A stretch of 64,000 nt of DNA from Octopus sinensis (taxonomy: Eukaryota): NCBI RefSeq assembly GCF_006345805.1, contig NC_043014.1, positions 38,192,001 through 38,256,000 of the forward strand, in the 5' to 3' direction. Shown piece by piece: positions 53,184 through 64,000 of this stretch. A program made the translations under genes and the position numbers. A model generated the notes under the pieces. That model was not told where the DNA came from and did not search any database. It saw only the letters and a list, made by a program, of their open reading frames with translations. Within the stretch, counting starts at the first letter, position 1, and each line of letters opens with the position of its first letter.

Positions 53184-53364
53184 CAAAACCGTTAGATTCA
53201 CTTCAACATTTAAATTTGATTTGTCAAAATATTTCCGTCGCTTTGAGACCGCGAACTCTTTCACTGACAAAGTTTCGTGCAGCAGTGAACAGGTCGCGGT
53301 CTCAAAGCGACGAAAATATTTTGACAAATTAAATTTAAATGTTGAAGTGAATCTAACGGTTTTG
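53184..53364. repeat. About 181-bp fold-back, Penelope-like, with a hammerhead-like motif in each arm
   Basis: CAAAACCGTTAGATTCACTTCAACATTTAAATTT.. / ..AAATTTAAATGTTGAAGTGAATCTAACGGTTTTG. Confidence 0.9.
53285..53328 (+). ncRNA. Hammerhead-like motif with G3-C8 swapped core
   Basis: GTGAACA-G-GTCGC GGTCTCAAA GCGAC-GAA-AATATT-T-TGACAAA; the opposite arm shows a 7-bp stem I TTTGTCA/TGACAAA. Confidence 0.6.
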
Positions 53365-53391
53365 ATATAAATATATATATGCTTGTATGTA

Positions 53392-53760
53392 TGATCTCTC
53401 TTTTGAACTTTATCAAAATTCTTGAAAGAGTTCAAGCCCGTCGCTAGCAAAGCGTCAAACGTTGTTGAGTTAAGAGAATTCACAGTGTTTGTAAATATGT
53501 GGTTGAGTGGTAAATATGAGTTGGTTGAACTGTCGATGCATATACCCAAGTGTGTGCACCTATTCACGTTAGAATCTCAGATAGAGAATTTTGGGAATGT
53601 CTTACAAGTCTTCACTGTGCCAGTAAAGATTGGATTTGGAGAATCCGCGTCAGTTTCTTTTGCCCTTTCTCTGTGCAACCGAGTATTTCTAGGTTTTTGT
53701 GCAAGTTTGTTGGTACATAACCTAACGCACCCACGATGATATCTACCACCATACTATCGA
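53392..53760 (-). mobile_element. R4/Dong-like LINE 3' end flanked by TGTATGTATG
   Basis: Reverse strand IIVGALGYVPTNLHKNLEILGC...TGTVKTCKTFPKFSI*. Confidence 0.7.
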
Positions 53761-54366
53761 TGTATGTATGTATGTGTGTGAATGTGTGTGTGTGTGTGTG
53801 TGTGTACTAGGCTTATAAAGTCCTGGGGTCGATTTGCTCGACTAAAGGCGGTGCTCCAGCATGACCGCAGTCAAATGACTGAAACAAGTAAAAGAGTAAA
53901 AGAGTAAAAGAATGTATGTACGTATCCAAGAGGAAAATAGCGACGGCATGTTGTTGTTGTTAACGCCGGTTACAACTTAATTCAAGAGACCCACAATTAA
54001 AACTTTTCCTGTCATGATAATCTTAGCTTTTCGCTAGGAAATGTGGTATCGAAGACAATCTCATTCTAGTTCCTTTTGAATTATTTACATATCAACAGGT
54101 TAATTTAATCTCATCCGTGAGAAAATTTTATTACTTGTAATCTGAGATGTCACGTGAAACACTATACAGGTTGTTCTGGAACCTGTATAAAATGGTAATT
54201 TCCTTTTTTTTATTTTTTTTATTTTGAATTGCATCCCTCTTATTTTTGGACGGCAGAGTATACTGTACTTTGGGGTAGATTTAGCTGCGTTATTTTTAGC
54301 AGGGTGAACGACCACATTGAGATCAAGTTATTGACTCATCGGCGTGAGAAAGAGGAAGAGAGAGAG

Positions 54367-54405
<39 letters not shown>

Positions 54406-54993
54406 GGGCGGGTTTAGAGAGACCGAGTTAGACAGTTTCACATTCAAGACCTTGAAATAACTAGAGAGAATAATCGATCCACCAAAATAGCAATTGATGC
54501 AATCGCTCGACTCTCGAATATTGCCTTTAAACGGTCTTCCTGCTTTTAATTTCTGAGACTGATGCACTCTAATGTAAAAACGAAATGTTTGATACATAAG
54601 GGAAGGGGTTCAAATCATAGAGGATCCGGTAGTTTACAGTATTTTACTGGGTCCCTTGGCTTTCATTTTATCATATATATAACCAGTGGCTATTTTATAG
54701 TGTCGTGACAAGTTTCGCTTAAGTCAGCCTTGTGTATTGTTATATCATTGCCAATTTTATTGATTTTCACTTGGCTAAAGCTTTATGCGAAAAATTATAT
54801 TCGCTATATTATAGCCAGTGGAGGCGCGTGGCTTAGTGGTTAGGGTATCAGCATCATGATCGTAAGATTGTGGGTTCGATTCCTGGACCGGGCAACGCGT
54901 TGTGTTTTTGAGCAAAACACTTCATTTCACGTTGCTCCAGTCCACTCAGCTGGCAAAAATGAGTAACGCTGCGATGGACTGGCTTCCCGTGTG

Positions 54994-55047
<54 letters not shown>

Positions 55048-55129
55048 TATAAATAATATATATAAATATATGCATATATACATACATATATGTACAAACC
55101 TACATATATATGTATATGTACATGCATAT

Positions 55130-55788
55130 ATAGGTACAGAACATCAAAAAAACGTTGAACACAATGAGAAACGAAAACATGAAAACAAAAACATAGAAAA
55201 TCAACTTTTTTTCGAACAGCAGTAAAAGGAAACAGAGAAACGAGACATGCAACATAAAGAATATCCCCCTTCATCAGTTGTCCCTGTTTCATCTACACCG
55301 CGTTTCGAAGGTAGGGCGATGGACGAAGGGCAAAGGCGAAATAAATAAGAAACGGACAGAATATAGCCTTAGGGCCAAAAGAAAACGAATGGTTGGACAA
55401 CGCTTAGAGGGCAATCTTAGAGGATTAGAAAGGCAACAAATAGTAAGACGGGCACCTGTGGGGACTAGAGAATTTAGGGCCGGTCAGCAATGTAACCGGT
55501 GTAAAAAAAAAACAAAAAAAAAAGGCAGTGAAAGAACGGCTGCCCACGAGTTAAGTATCAGCAGCAGGCAGAGGAGAAAGAGAAAATAGAAGGGACGAGG
55601 AGGGGGAAAAGGAAAAACGAAGAAAGGCTAGAAATAGAAGTAAGAGGGTGAGAGAGATATTGTTGTCTGAATGGTCGCACATACTGAAAAATACTGAATA
55701 GCGACAGAGTGAATGATCGGTATTGAACGAGCAAACACACCCTGCTTCATGAATTCAGTATTCTTCCTCCCGTTTCTACATTCCATCA

Positions 55789-55790
<2 letters not shown>
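55130..55790 (-). mobile_element. Longest family P1 copy
   Basis: 55130-55310 homologous to 40008-40195; upstream extent approximate. Confidence 0.55.
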
Positions 55791-55824
<34 letters not shown>

Positions 55825-56033
55825 CATATACACACATACACGCACATATATACATATAGACACACACACACACACACATACAACACCACACATACATATA
55901 CCCAAATGAATCTAGAGTCAGGTGAGACAATCTACATACAATATAAATAAATTTACGAAAATACGTATACATACATACATACATATATACATACATGTAT
56001 GCATACATACATATATATATGCCTATATATATA

Positions 56034-56064
<31 letters not shown>

Positions 56065-56092
56065 GTGTATATATATATGTGTGTGTGCATAT

Positions 56093-56145
<53 letters not shown>

Positions 56146-56659
56146 TATATATTTATGCATGTATGTATGTATGTATGTATATATAATATATATACATATA
56201 TACATACATATATATATATATATATATACATACATACATACATACATACATTCATATATATATATATATATATATATACATACATATACATAAATATATA
56301 TACCAAAAGGCTCGTGACTAAGAAAACTGAAGAAGCGGGTGGTAGGGTGAAGAAGAGAGACAGGCGCAGAAAATGAGGAAATGGCAAAAAGAAGGGAAGG
56401 GGCTTGTAGTTTATACTCTAACCATTGTTTCCTGTTTTATAGGTTCTGCAACCAGTAGGCAGGCCATCTGCCAATTTTTTTTTTACAGCGGTTTCCCACC
56501 ATTTTCGGCTCTTTCCGCATACATTAGCAGTTTCGTTTCTCTATTTACATTTTCGGGTTAAATCAAAAAAATATCATTCTGAGGTTATTGTGGCTTCATT
56601 TGTCATCGTAATAATGCTTAACTCTCAAAAGAGTTTTCCACTACAAAAGAATTGCTAAT

Positions 56660-56880
56660 GCAAGTATTTGTTCCCCCTATTGATATCATGTCGACTGTAG
56701 TTGCAGTTGGTAGTGACCAAACTCGTTTATGTACTATAATGGAGAAACTTCCAAAATACAAAGATCTGGAAATAGAGGTAACTCGAATGTGGAGCCTAAA
56801 AGTAGAAACAATTCCTATTATAGTAGGTGTATTAGGTATGATAAAAAAAAAAGAACGTTCAGACAAATGCATAACAAAAA
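56660..56880 (+). mobile_element. Restriction-like endonuclease remnant of an R4/Dong-like LINE
   Basis: EKLPKYKDLEIEVTRMWSLKVETIPIIVGVLGMIKK. Confidence 0.75.
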
Positions 56881-56884
56881 CAGC

Positions 56885-57378
56885 AGTACTTAATTTATCG
56901 ACCCCGAAAGAATGAAAGGCAAAATCAACATCGGCGGAATTTGAACTCAGAACGTAACGAGAGATGAAGTACCTATTTCTTTACTACCCACAAGGGGCTA
57001 AACACAGAGAGGACAAACGGATTAAGTCGATTATATCGACCTCAGTGCGTAACTGGTACTTAATTTATCGACCCCGAAAGGATGAAAGGCAAAGTCGACC
57101 TCGGCGGAATTTGAACTCAGAACGTAGCGGCAGACGAAATACCTATTTCTTTACTACCCACAAGGGCTAAACACAGAGGGGACGAACAAGGACAGACAAA
57201 TAGATTAAGTCGATTACGTCGACCCCAGTATTCATCTGGTACTTAATTTATCGACCCTGAAAGGATGAAAGGCAAAGTCGACCTCGTCGGGATTTGAACT
57301 CACAACGTAACGGCAGACGAAATACCTATTTCTTTACTACACACAAGGGGCTAAACACAGAGAGGACAAACAAGGACA
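56885..57378 (-). mobile_element. Family M SINE, three tandem core units
   Basis: Repeated GGCAAA(G/A)TC(G/A)AC...GAACTCA(G/C)AACGTA. Confidence 0.85.
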
Positions 57379-57505
57379 AAGGACGAAATTGCAAGAAGGT
57401 GGGCAATGAAGAGTGCAATTGTTATCCCAGTAGTTGTAAGGGAACTCGGAGCACTAACAAACAATCTCAAGAAATATGTCGGAGAAATTGGAATTAACAT
57501 GAGGG
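57378..57505 (+). mobile_element. R4/Dong-like endonuclease remnant
   Basis: KDEIARRWAMKSAIVIPVVVRELGALTNNLKKYVGEIGINMR. Confidence 0.65.
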
Positions 57506-58035
57506 CAAAGCAGGCCCCAAAATTATTCTGTTGGCGACAGCGAAATTTGAATTCAGAACCTAAAGAGTCGACGTATATATTGGTTTCACGTTTTGGCACA
57601 AAGCCAGCAATTTCGGCGGGGGTGGGAATGAGTAACTTAATTATATCGACCCCAGTGTTCAACTGGTACTTATTTTATCGACCCAGAAAGGATGAAAGGC
57701 AAAGTCGACCTCGGCGGAATTTGAACTCATAACCTAAGGATGGATGAAATGCCGCTAAACATTTTGCCCGGCGTACTAACGATTCTGCCAAACTCTATTT
57801 TTCCAGACTCTATACCAAGTCTGCCCATCCACTGCAACTTAGTAATTCTTTAATACTTCTTTCTGCTTTTTTGGCACAAGATCAGCAATTTTAAGGGGAA
57901 GAAATTCTTTACATCGACCCCAATGCTCAACTGGTGTTTATTTTATCGACTCGGAAAGAATAAACGGCAAAGTCGACCTCGGTAGCATTTGAACTCAGAA
58001 TGTGGAGAGCTGAAAGAAATAGTAGTAGCAACGGT

Positions 58036-58314
58036 GTTTTGTTTGTTCCTTGGCTCATAAGGGCCGGTTTCCCGGTTTCTTTAGCGTATAGGTTCCGCAC
58101 CTGGACGGGACGCCGGTCCATCGCAGGTGAGCTGCAAGATGCAAGAGTAAGAGAAAGTTGTGGCGAAAGAGTCAGCCATTACCTTCTGCCGGAGCCGCGT
58201 GGAGCTTGGTGTTTCGCTCATAAACACACACATCGCCCGGTTTGAGATTCGAACCTGCGATTCCCCGACCGCGAGTCCGCTGCTCTAACCACTAGGCCAT
58301 GTGCCTCTACACAA
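58036..58314 (-). mobile_element. SINE, family-A-type head plus tail B
   Basis: 10-bp TSD TAGCAACGGT (58026-58035, 58315-58324); GCGATGGACCGGCGTCCCGTCCAGG. Confidence 0.85.
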
Positions 58315-58865
58315 TAGCAACGGTAGTGGTAAATATAATAGTTTCAAATTTTGAAACAGAGATAGCACTTTCGCGGGAGGATTAAATCGATTAAATTGAC
58401 CCTAGTACTCAACTGGTACTTATTTTATCGACTCCGAAAGGACGAAAAGCCAAAAACTACATCGATGAAATTTGAACTCTGTGCGTTGAGACGAACGAAA
58501 TACTGCTAAGTATTTTGCCCGGCGTGCTAATGATTCTGCTAGCTCTATGCTTTAATAGCAGTAAGTATATTAATGAAAATTCATTTGTTTTCCTCTTTGC
58601 TTTCTTTGCCGTACTCACAAATAAAACTTTTTAATAGTTTGCTGTGACATTTTCTAATCAGAATTATTAAGAAACGGGTGATCAACAAACCCTATTGACT
58701 ATAAAGAGAACAGGATATCCGTTTTTCTGGGGAAAATTTTCTATCTGAAACCTAAACTAGAGTGACTTAGTGGCTTTGTTTTTTATATACTTAAAACAAA
58801 AAAATCTTTTCTGCGTGTCCGTGAGAGAACGGATGCTCACTAGGGTGGCAAGCTAACAATATACA

Positions 58866-59146
58866 CTCCAGTTACGAAATTTAACTCTAAGTCAGCCCTC
58901 ATCGTGCAGGCATGTACTGAAATGGCATTCCAGTAATTTCTATTCTGTGCTTTTCTGTATCTAGAATTACATTACGTCCTTCGGTGGGTTTTATTTTCAG
59001 TTCTACTGGGTGTCCAGGTACGCCGGATTTGTTGCTGACCGCCCGACTATGAAATGGGTGTTACCGGTTAAACTGATGAGCTTTCTTATGAATCAACGAC
59101 GACCATCCGGTTGGGTAATGCAATGGCAAACCATCCGATTGGAGAA

Positions 59147-59182
<36 letters not shown>

Positions 59183-59927
59183 TACACACGAGGACTGATC
59201 AATAAGTATCCGGAGTGTTACCATAGTCACGAAGCTAAAGCACGCAGAGTAAAGCCGCTTGACACACTAAGTTTTAACGTCCTAGCTCACTTCCGCTGTT
59301 TACAGCAGTGCTTGGAAGGAAGATGTGTAGTGTGAGATCGTCGCATTGACCATGACAGAGAAAGTTGTCAGTGTGATGCCAGCTCAGAGGGCAACGCAAA
59401 GTTGCAGAAAGTGTATGGAGAGGAGTGTGTACACCGCACACAAGTGTACGAGTGGTTCAGATGTTTCCAAGATGGCCAAAAAAAATGACGATATTGACAA
59501 ACGTTCTGGGAAACCCGTAACTAGCAGAACTGAAAAAACATCGCAGATGGTGCAGCTGTGAGGGGAACTCGTCGACTCACCATCCGCGAGCTATCAATGG
59601 ATGTGCACTCGGGTCTCAGTTGCACAAGATCTTGATTGTTTCAAGAACGATGAAAACTTTGAAAACTTTGCGCACGCAGAGTAAAGCCGCTTGACAGACT
59701 AAGTTTTAACGTCCTAGTTCACTTCCGCTGTTTACAGCAGTGTTTGAAAGGAAGGTGTGTAGCGTGTGATCGTACCTGGACACCCAGTAGAACTAAAATT
59801 AAAACCCACCGAAGGGCGTAATGTAATTCTAGATATAGAAAAGCACAGAATAGAAATCATTGGAATGCCATTTCAGTACAGGCCTGCACGATGAGGGCTG
59901 ACTTAGCGTTAAATTTAGTAACTGAAG
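58866..59927. repeat. About 157-bp inverted repeat pair (58866-59022 and 59771-59927)
   Basis: AAGTCAGCCCTCATCGTGCAGGC..TGTCCAGGTACG vs CGTACCTGGACA..GCCTGCACGATGAGGGCTGACTT. Confidence 0.88.
59187..59770 (+). mobile_element. Mariner remnant: TIR, N-terminal HTH and duplicated leader
   Basis: ACGAGGACTGATCAATAAGTATCCGG; KLQKVYGEECVHRTQVYEWFRCFQDG; 59260-59343 repeated at 59672-59773. Confidence 0.8.
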
Positions 59928-60444
59928 CAGGTATCGCCATGCTTTTGGCGATTCTATGCTCAACTTTCTCTGTCATGGTCAGTGCGATGATCATATGCTA
60001 CACACGTTCCTTTCAAGCACTGATGTAAAAAGTGGAAGTGAGTTAGAACGTTATAACTTAGTGCGCATGCAAAGCAGAGTTCAAGGTCACTCAGTGCCAA
60101 GTGGCTTTACTCAGCGTGCTTTAGCTTCGTTACTATAGCAACAACCTGCATACTTATTGATCAGACCACGTATATCAGGCCATCCCGCAAGTGATATCCG
60201 AATAATAGGTAAGAAGATCTCTAAATTTCACATTTTATAATATTCATTCATTAATAGCACTACTATCAATATCAATGACCTTCTTTAACAATTTTACAAG
60301 TTTTTTAATTGTATTTGTATTGCATTCTTCTGGTTTGATTGAAAAGAATGTAGATAAAGTAGTTTCCATTTCATAGGTTGTAAGAACTAGTCCATGCAGC
60401 GTATTTTGGGCGAGATAGCCAGGCGGAGCCCATCCTTCTCCAGG

Positions 60445-60887
60445 CTAAGCTGAGTAAACTGGAGCAACGTGAAATGAAGTGTTTTGCTTAAGAACACAAT
60501 GGATCACCTGGTCCAGGGATCGAAACCACAATCTTACGGTCGTGAATGCAACACCGTAACCACTAAGCAACGTGCGTCCACTAATGGTACTCATTTCTAC
60601 AACTGAGTTGACTGGAGCAACGTGAAGTGAAGTGTTTTGCTCAAGAATACAACGCATCGCCCTGTCTAGGAATCGAAACCACAATCTTACGGTCGTGAAT
60701 CCAACACCCTAACCACTAAGCAACGTGCGTCCACTAATGGTACTCATTTCGACAACTGAGTTGACTGGAGCAACGCGAAGTGAAGTGTTTTGCTCAAGAA
60801 TACAACGCATCGCCCTGTCTAGGAATCGAAACCACAATCTTACGATCGTGAATGCAGCACCCTAACCACTAAGCCATGCTCCTCCAC
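60445..60887 (-). repeat. Three tandem SINE heads (head 2), 153-bp period
   Basis: GGAGCAACG at 60461, 60614 and 60767. Confidence 0.85.
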
Positions 60888-61069
60888 CGTTCTAATTTCT
60901 GACAGAAAATGTCTTCTGTGATCATTTTATTAACTGGTAACAATTCAGTGTGGATCACACTAGCACAATCTCATCAAATCCTAACCTGCACTTTATTTTG
61001 GTGGAGATCTCTTATGGGTTGTGGTTTAACCAGTTCGCCTTCAGTAATCCATTGTCTACACTGCTTAAC

Positions 61070-61398
61070 GTGAGGGCGCGTGGCTTAGTGGTTAGGGCAT
61101 TCGGCTCATGATCGTAAGGTTGTGAGTTCGATTCCCGGCGACGCGTTGTGTCCTTGAGCAAGACACTTTATTTCACGTTGCTCCAGTCCACTCAGCTGGC
61201 AAAAATGAGTTGTACTTGTATTTCAAAGGGTCACCCTTGTCACTCTTTGTGTCACGCTGATTATCCCCGAGAACTACGTTAAGGGTACACGTGTCTGTGG
61301 AATGCTCAGCCATTTGCACGTTAATTTCACGAGCAAGCTGTTCCGTTGATCGTATCAGCTGGGACCCTCGTCGTCGTAACCGGCGGAATCTTTAAAGA
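61070..61398 (+). mobile_element. Full-length SINE, head 2 plus tail A
   Basis: 12-bp TSD ACACTGCTTAAC (61058-61069, 61399-61410). Confidence 0.9.
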
Positions 61399-61689
61399 AC
61401 ACTGCTTAACATTCTTTTCTAAAATACCCACTTCCGTCACGAATCATTAATCTATCCCTTAACCCTTTAGTGTTCAGATTATTCTATCAAACATAATGCT
61501 TATTGATTCCCATTGACTTGAATTAATCATGCATTATCTCATATCTTCAAGATCTTGATGGTGTAATTACTTAATGTAGAATAACATTGTAGGGTAAGTG
61601 TGAGGGCCTGGATCTGGTCAGTTTGAACATAAAACAGATTAGATATTTTGGCCAGATATGGCCGGTTTAAATACTAAAGGGTTAATGGC

Positions 61690-62056
61690 GATATGCATTT
61701 ACGAAGGTGCAGAGAAATGTAGATGCCCACCTTTGGTGGGTGGTTGTGTTCTGTGAAATTATGGAGAATCCATTTTCCAAGTTTAGGTATCTTTCCAAAC
61801 AGATGCAGATGCCGGCGAACCGTTGAATGGCTTGAATTCAGCTTCTGCGCAAAAAAAAAACAGGTTTTCATAAAACTGAACAGGACAACTATACATATAT
61901 GGAGAACGAGAAACTTTAAAGCTGGAATCACTCTTCCAAAACCTTTCAAACCATCGTCGACTGGTTCTTCGTTTTAATTAATCCTTCCTATAAACACTGT
62001 GAATATTTCGGATTGCTTCTGGTGTAATTATTGCCTTTCCTGAACTCGTAAAGCGT
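61690..62056 (-). mobile_element. Mariner transposase remnant
   Basis: LYEFRKGNN..EAIRNIHSVY and AQKLNSSHSTVRRHLHLFGKIPKLGKWILHNF (WVPHEL-like). Confidence 0.75.
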
Positions 62057-62065
62057 TTTATCTTC

Positions 62066-62445
62066 TATCTTTTACTTGTTTCAGTCATTGGACTACGGCC
62101 ATGCTGATGTACAGCCTTGAAGGGCTTTAGCAGAACAACTCGACCCCAGAACTTGTTTTTTAAGCCTAGTATTTATTCTATCGTTCTCTTTTGCCTAACT
62201 GCTAAGTTACGGGGTCGTAAACACACCAACACCGGTTGTCAAGCGGTGGTGGGGGATACACATACACACATATATATATATACGAGAGGCTTCTTTCAGT
62301 TTCCGTTTACCGAATCCACCTGCAAGGCTTTGATAGGCCCGAGGCTACAGTAGAAAACACTTGTCCAAGGTGCCATGCAGTAGGAGTGAACCCGGAACCA
62401 TGTGGTTGGGAAGCAAGCTTCTTACCTCACAGCCACGCTTGCGTC
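62066..62445 (-). mobile_element. Family B SINE, diverged
   Basis: Homology to 31413-31897. Confidence 0.8.
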
Positions 62446-62779
62446 TAAATGTACCTTAAAAGCTCAGTGAACAGGTCCCATATTTTGGTGGGTCGAAATA
62501 ATAACTGAATCGGCTAATTGATAGTGTAACGATATAGATTAATATTTAACAACTGCTGATGGTCAAGTTGATATGTACTGTTGCCAATCAGATACTTTAA
62601 AATAACAAAGCAAGCCATCCAAGTTACAGATATCATATTTCTGGTACTAATTATAGGATGGCCTGATGCATATGGAGCTATGACAGATTGATTTCATACT
62701 CAGCCATGCACTCTATATATACATATATATATTATATATACATATATATATATAATATACATATATATATATATATATA

Positions 62780-62812
<33 letters not shown>

Positions 62813-62813
62813 C

Positions 62814-62844
<31 letters not shown>

Positions 62845-62911
62845 CATATATATATTATATACATATATATATATATATACATATATATATAATATACATA
62901 TATATATATAT

Positions 62912-62963
<52 letters not shown>

Positions 62964-62985
62964 ATATACTCAGCCATGCACTCTA

Positions 62986-63131
62986 CGCACAGGTGTGGAT
63001 GTGTGGTAAAGAAGTTTGTTTTCCAGCCACATGGTTACGGGTTCAAGATGTATGGCATCTTTAGTATGTGTCTTCTACTATAGCCTAGGGCCGACCAAAG
63101 CCTTGTGAGCACACACACACACACACACACA

Positions 63132-63167
<36 letters not shown>

Positions 63168-63368
63168 GTATGTGTGTGTTTATCACCCCAAACACCGCTT
63201 GACAACTGGTGTTTGTATGCTTACATCGCAATAACCTTAGCGGTTCGCTAAAAGACATCGATAGAATAAGTACCAGGCTTATAAAAGTAAGTACAGAGGC
63301 GATTCGTTCGACAAAAACTTTTCAAGGTCGTGCCCCAGCATGGCCACCGTCTAACGACTAAAACAAGC
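62986..63368 (+). mobile_element. Family B SINE, diverged
   Basis: Homology to 39449-39884. Confidence 0.7.
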
Positions 63369-63372
63369 TATA

Positions 63373-63421
<49 letters not shown>

Positions 63422-63439
63422 ATATATTATATATATATG

Positions 63440-63512
<73 letters not shown>

Positions 63513-63570
63513 GTATATATATATTTATATATATATATATTTATATATATATATATATATACGCACGCAC

Positions 63571-64000
63571 ACATGACAGAAGTAAATAGGCAATCTTATA
63601 ATCATTAAAATTTACTTAAATCTGAAATTATACTTTCAAATTATTTATTAATTGTTGTAATGTCAATGTTTATTATTTAGTAGACATGCCCTTTTCATTT
63701 TTCAATGCAAAGACCCTATTAAGCATGTTATTGAATAAATAAAAAGTTTTCTTCAATCATTTCACTCCTGGAGAAAGTTGGAAGGATTTCTTTTAACAAT
63801 GAAGACACATATTTATCTGAGTTTATGTTTCCCTTACACTCCACCAGCTCTGATCGACCATTGCTCCAAATTGCTCCCCAGGCCATCACAGAATAGCTAC
63901 CATGTTTCGTTGTTAGGTACAATCTTTTCACATCAAATTCTTGATCACAGAGTCTCCAGACCCACACTCGACCACTGTCAGGAAATACAACAAATCTGGA
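63571..64000 (-). mobile_element. Tc1-like transposase remnant and 3' terminus, continues beyond the window
   Basis: SRFVVFPDSGRVWVWR..TTKHGSYSVMAWGAIWSNGRSELVECKGNINSDKYVSSL; internal deletion; same family as 12770-12984. Confidence 0.85.

Noticed and set aside
59060-59100. CTGATGAG hammerhead-like word
   Set aside because: No stem II closed by GAAA follows.
63728-64000. Functional transposase gene
   Set aside because: Premature stop and internal deletion before the C-terminus; remnant only.

Overview
AT-rich, repeat-saturated animal genomic DNA. The SINE families and the (TA)n/(CA)n/(TACA)n/(AAT)n load resemble octopus/coleoid cephalopod DNA (inference). No intact protein-coding gene is supportable: the long ORFs in the track are translations of microsatellites, and the recognisable peptides are decayed transposon fragments (Tc1/mariner transposases; RTE, CR1-like and R4/Dong-like LINE C-termini). 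The window also holds several tRNA-derived SINE families, two non-autonomous Helitrons and MITEs. The main hidden layer is a set of short fold-back and Penelope-like terminal-repeat fragments carrying type I hammerhead ribozyme motifs from several unrelated families. These include canonical motifs (20939-20996, 44179-44218, 49024-49071), a U4C variant (40495-40561) and a G3-C8 core-swapped variant (53285-53328). All calls come from manual reading; no alignments or folding programs were run, and repeat boundaries are approximate.
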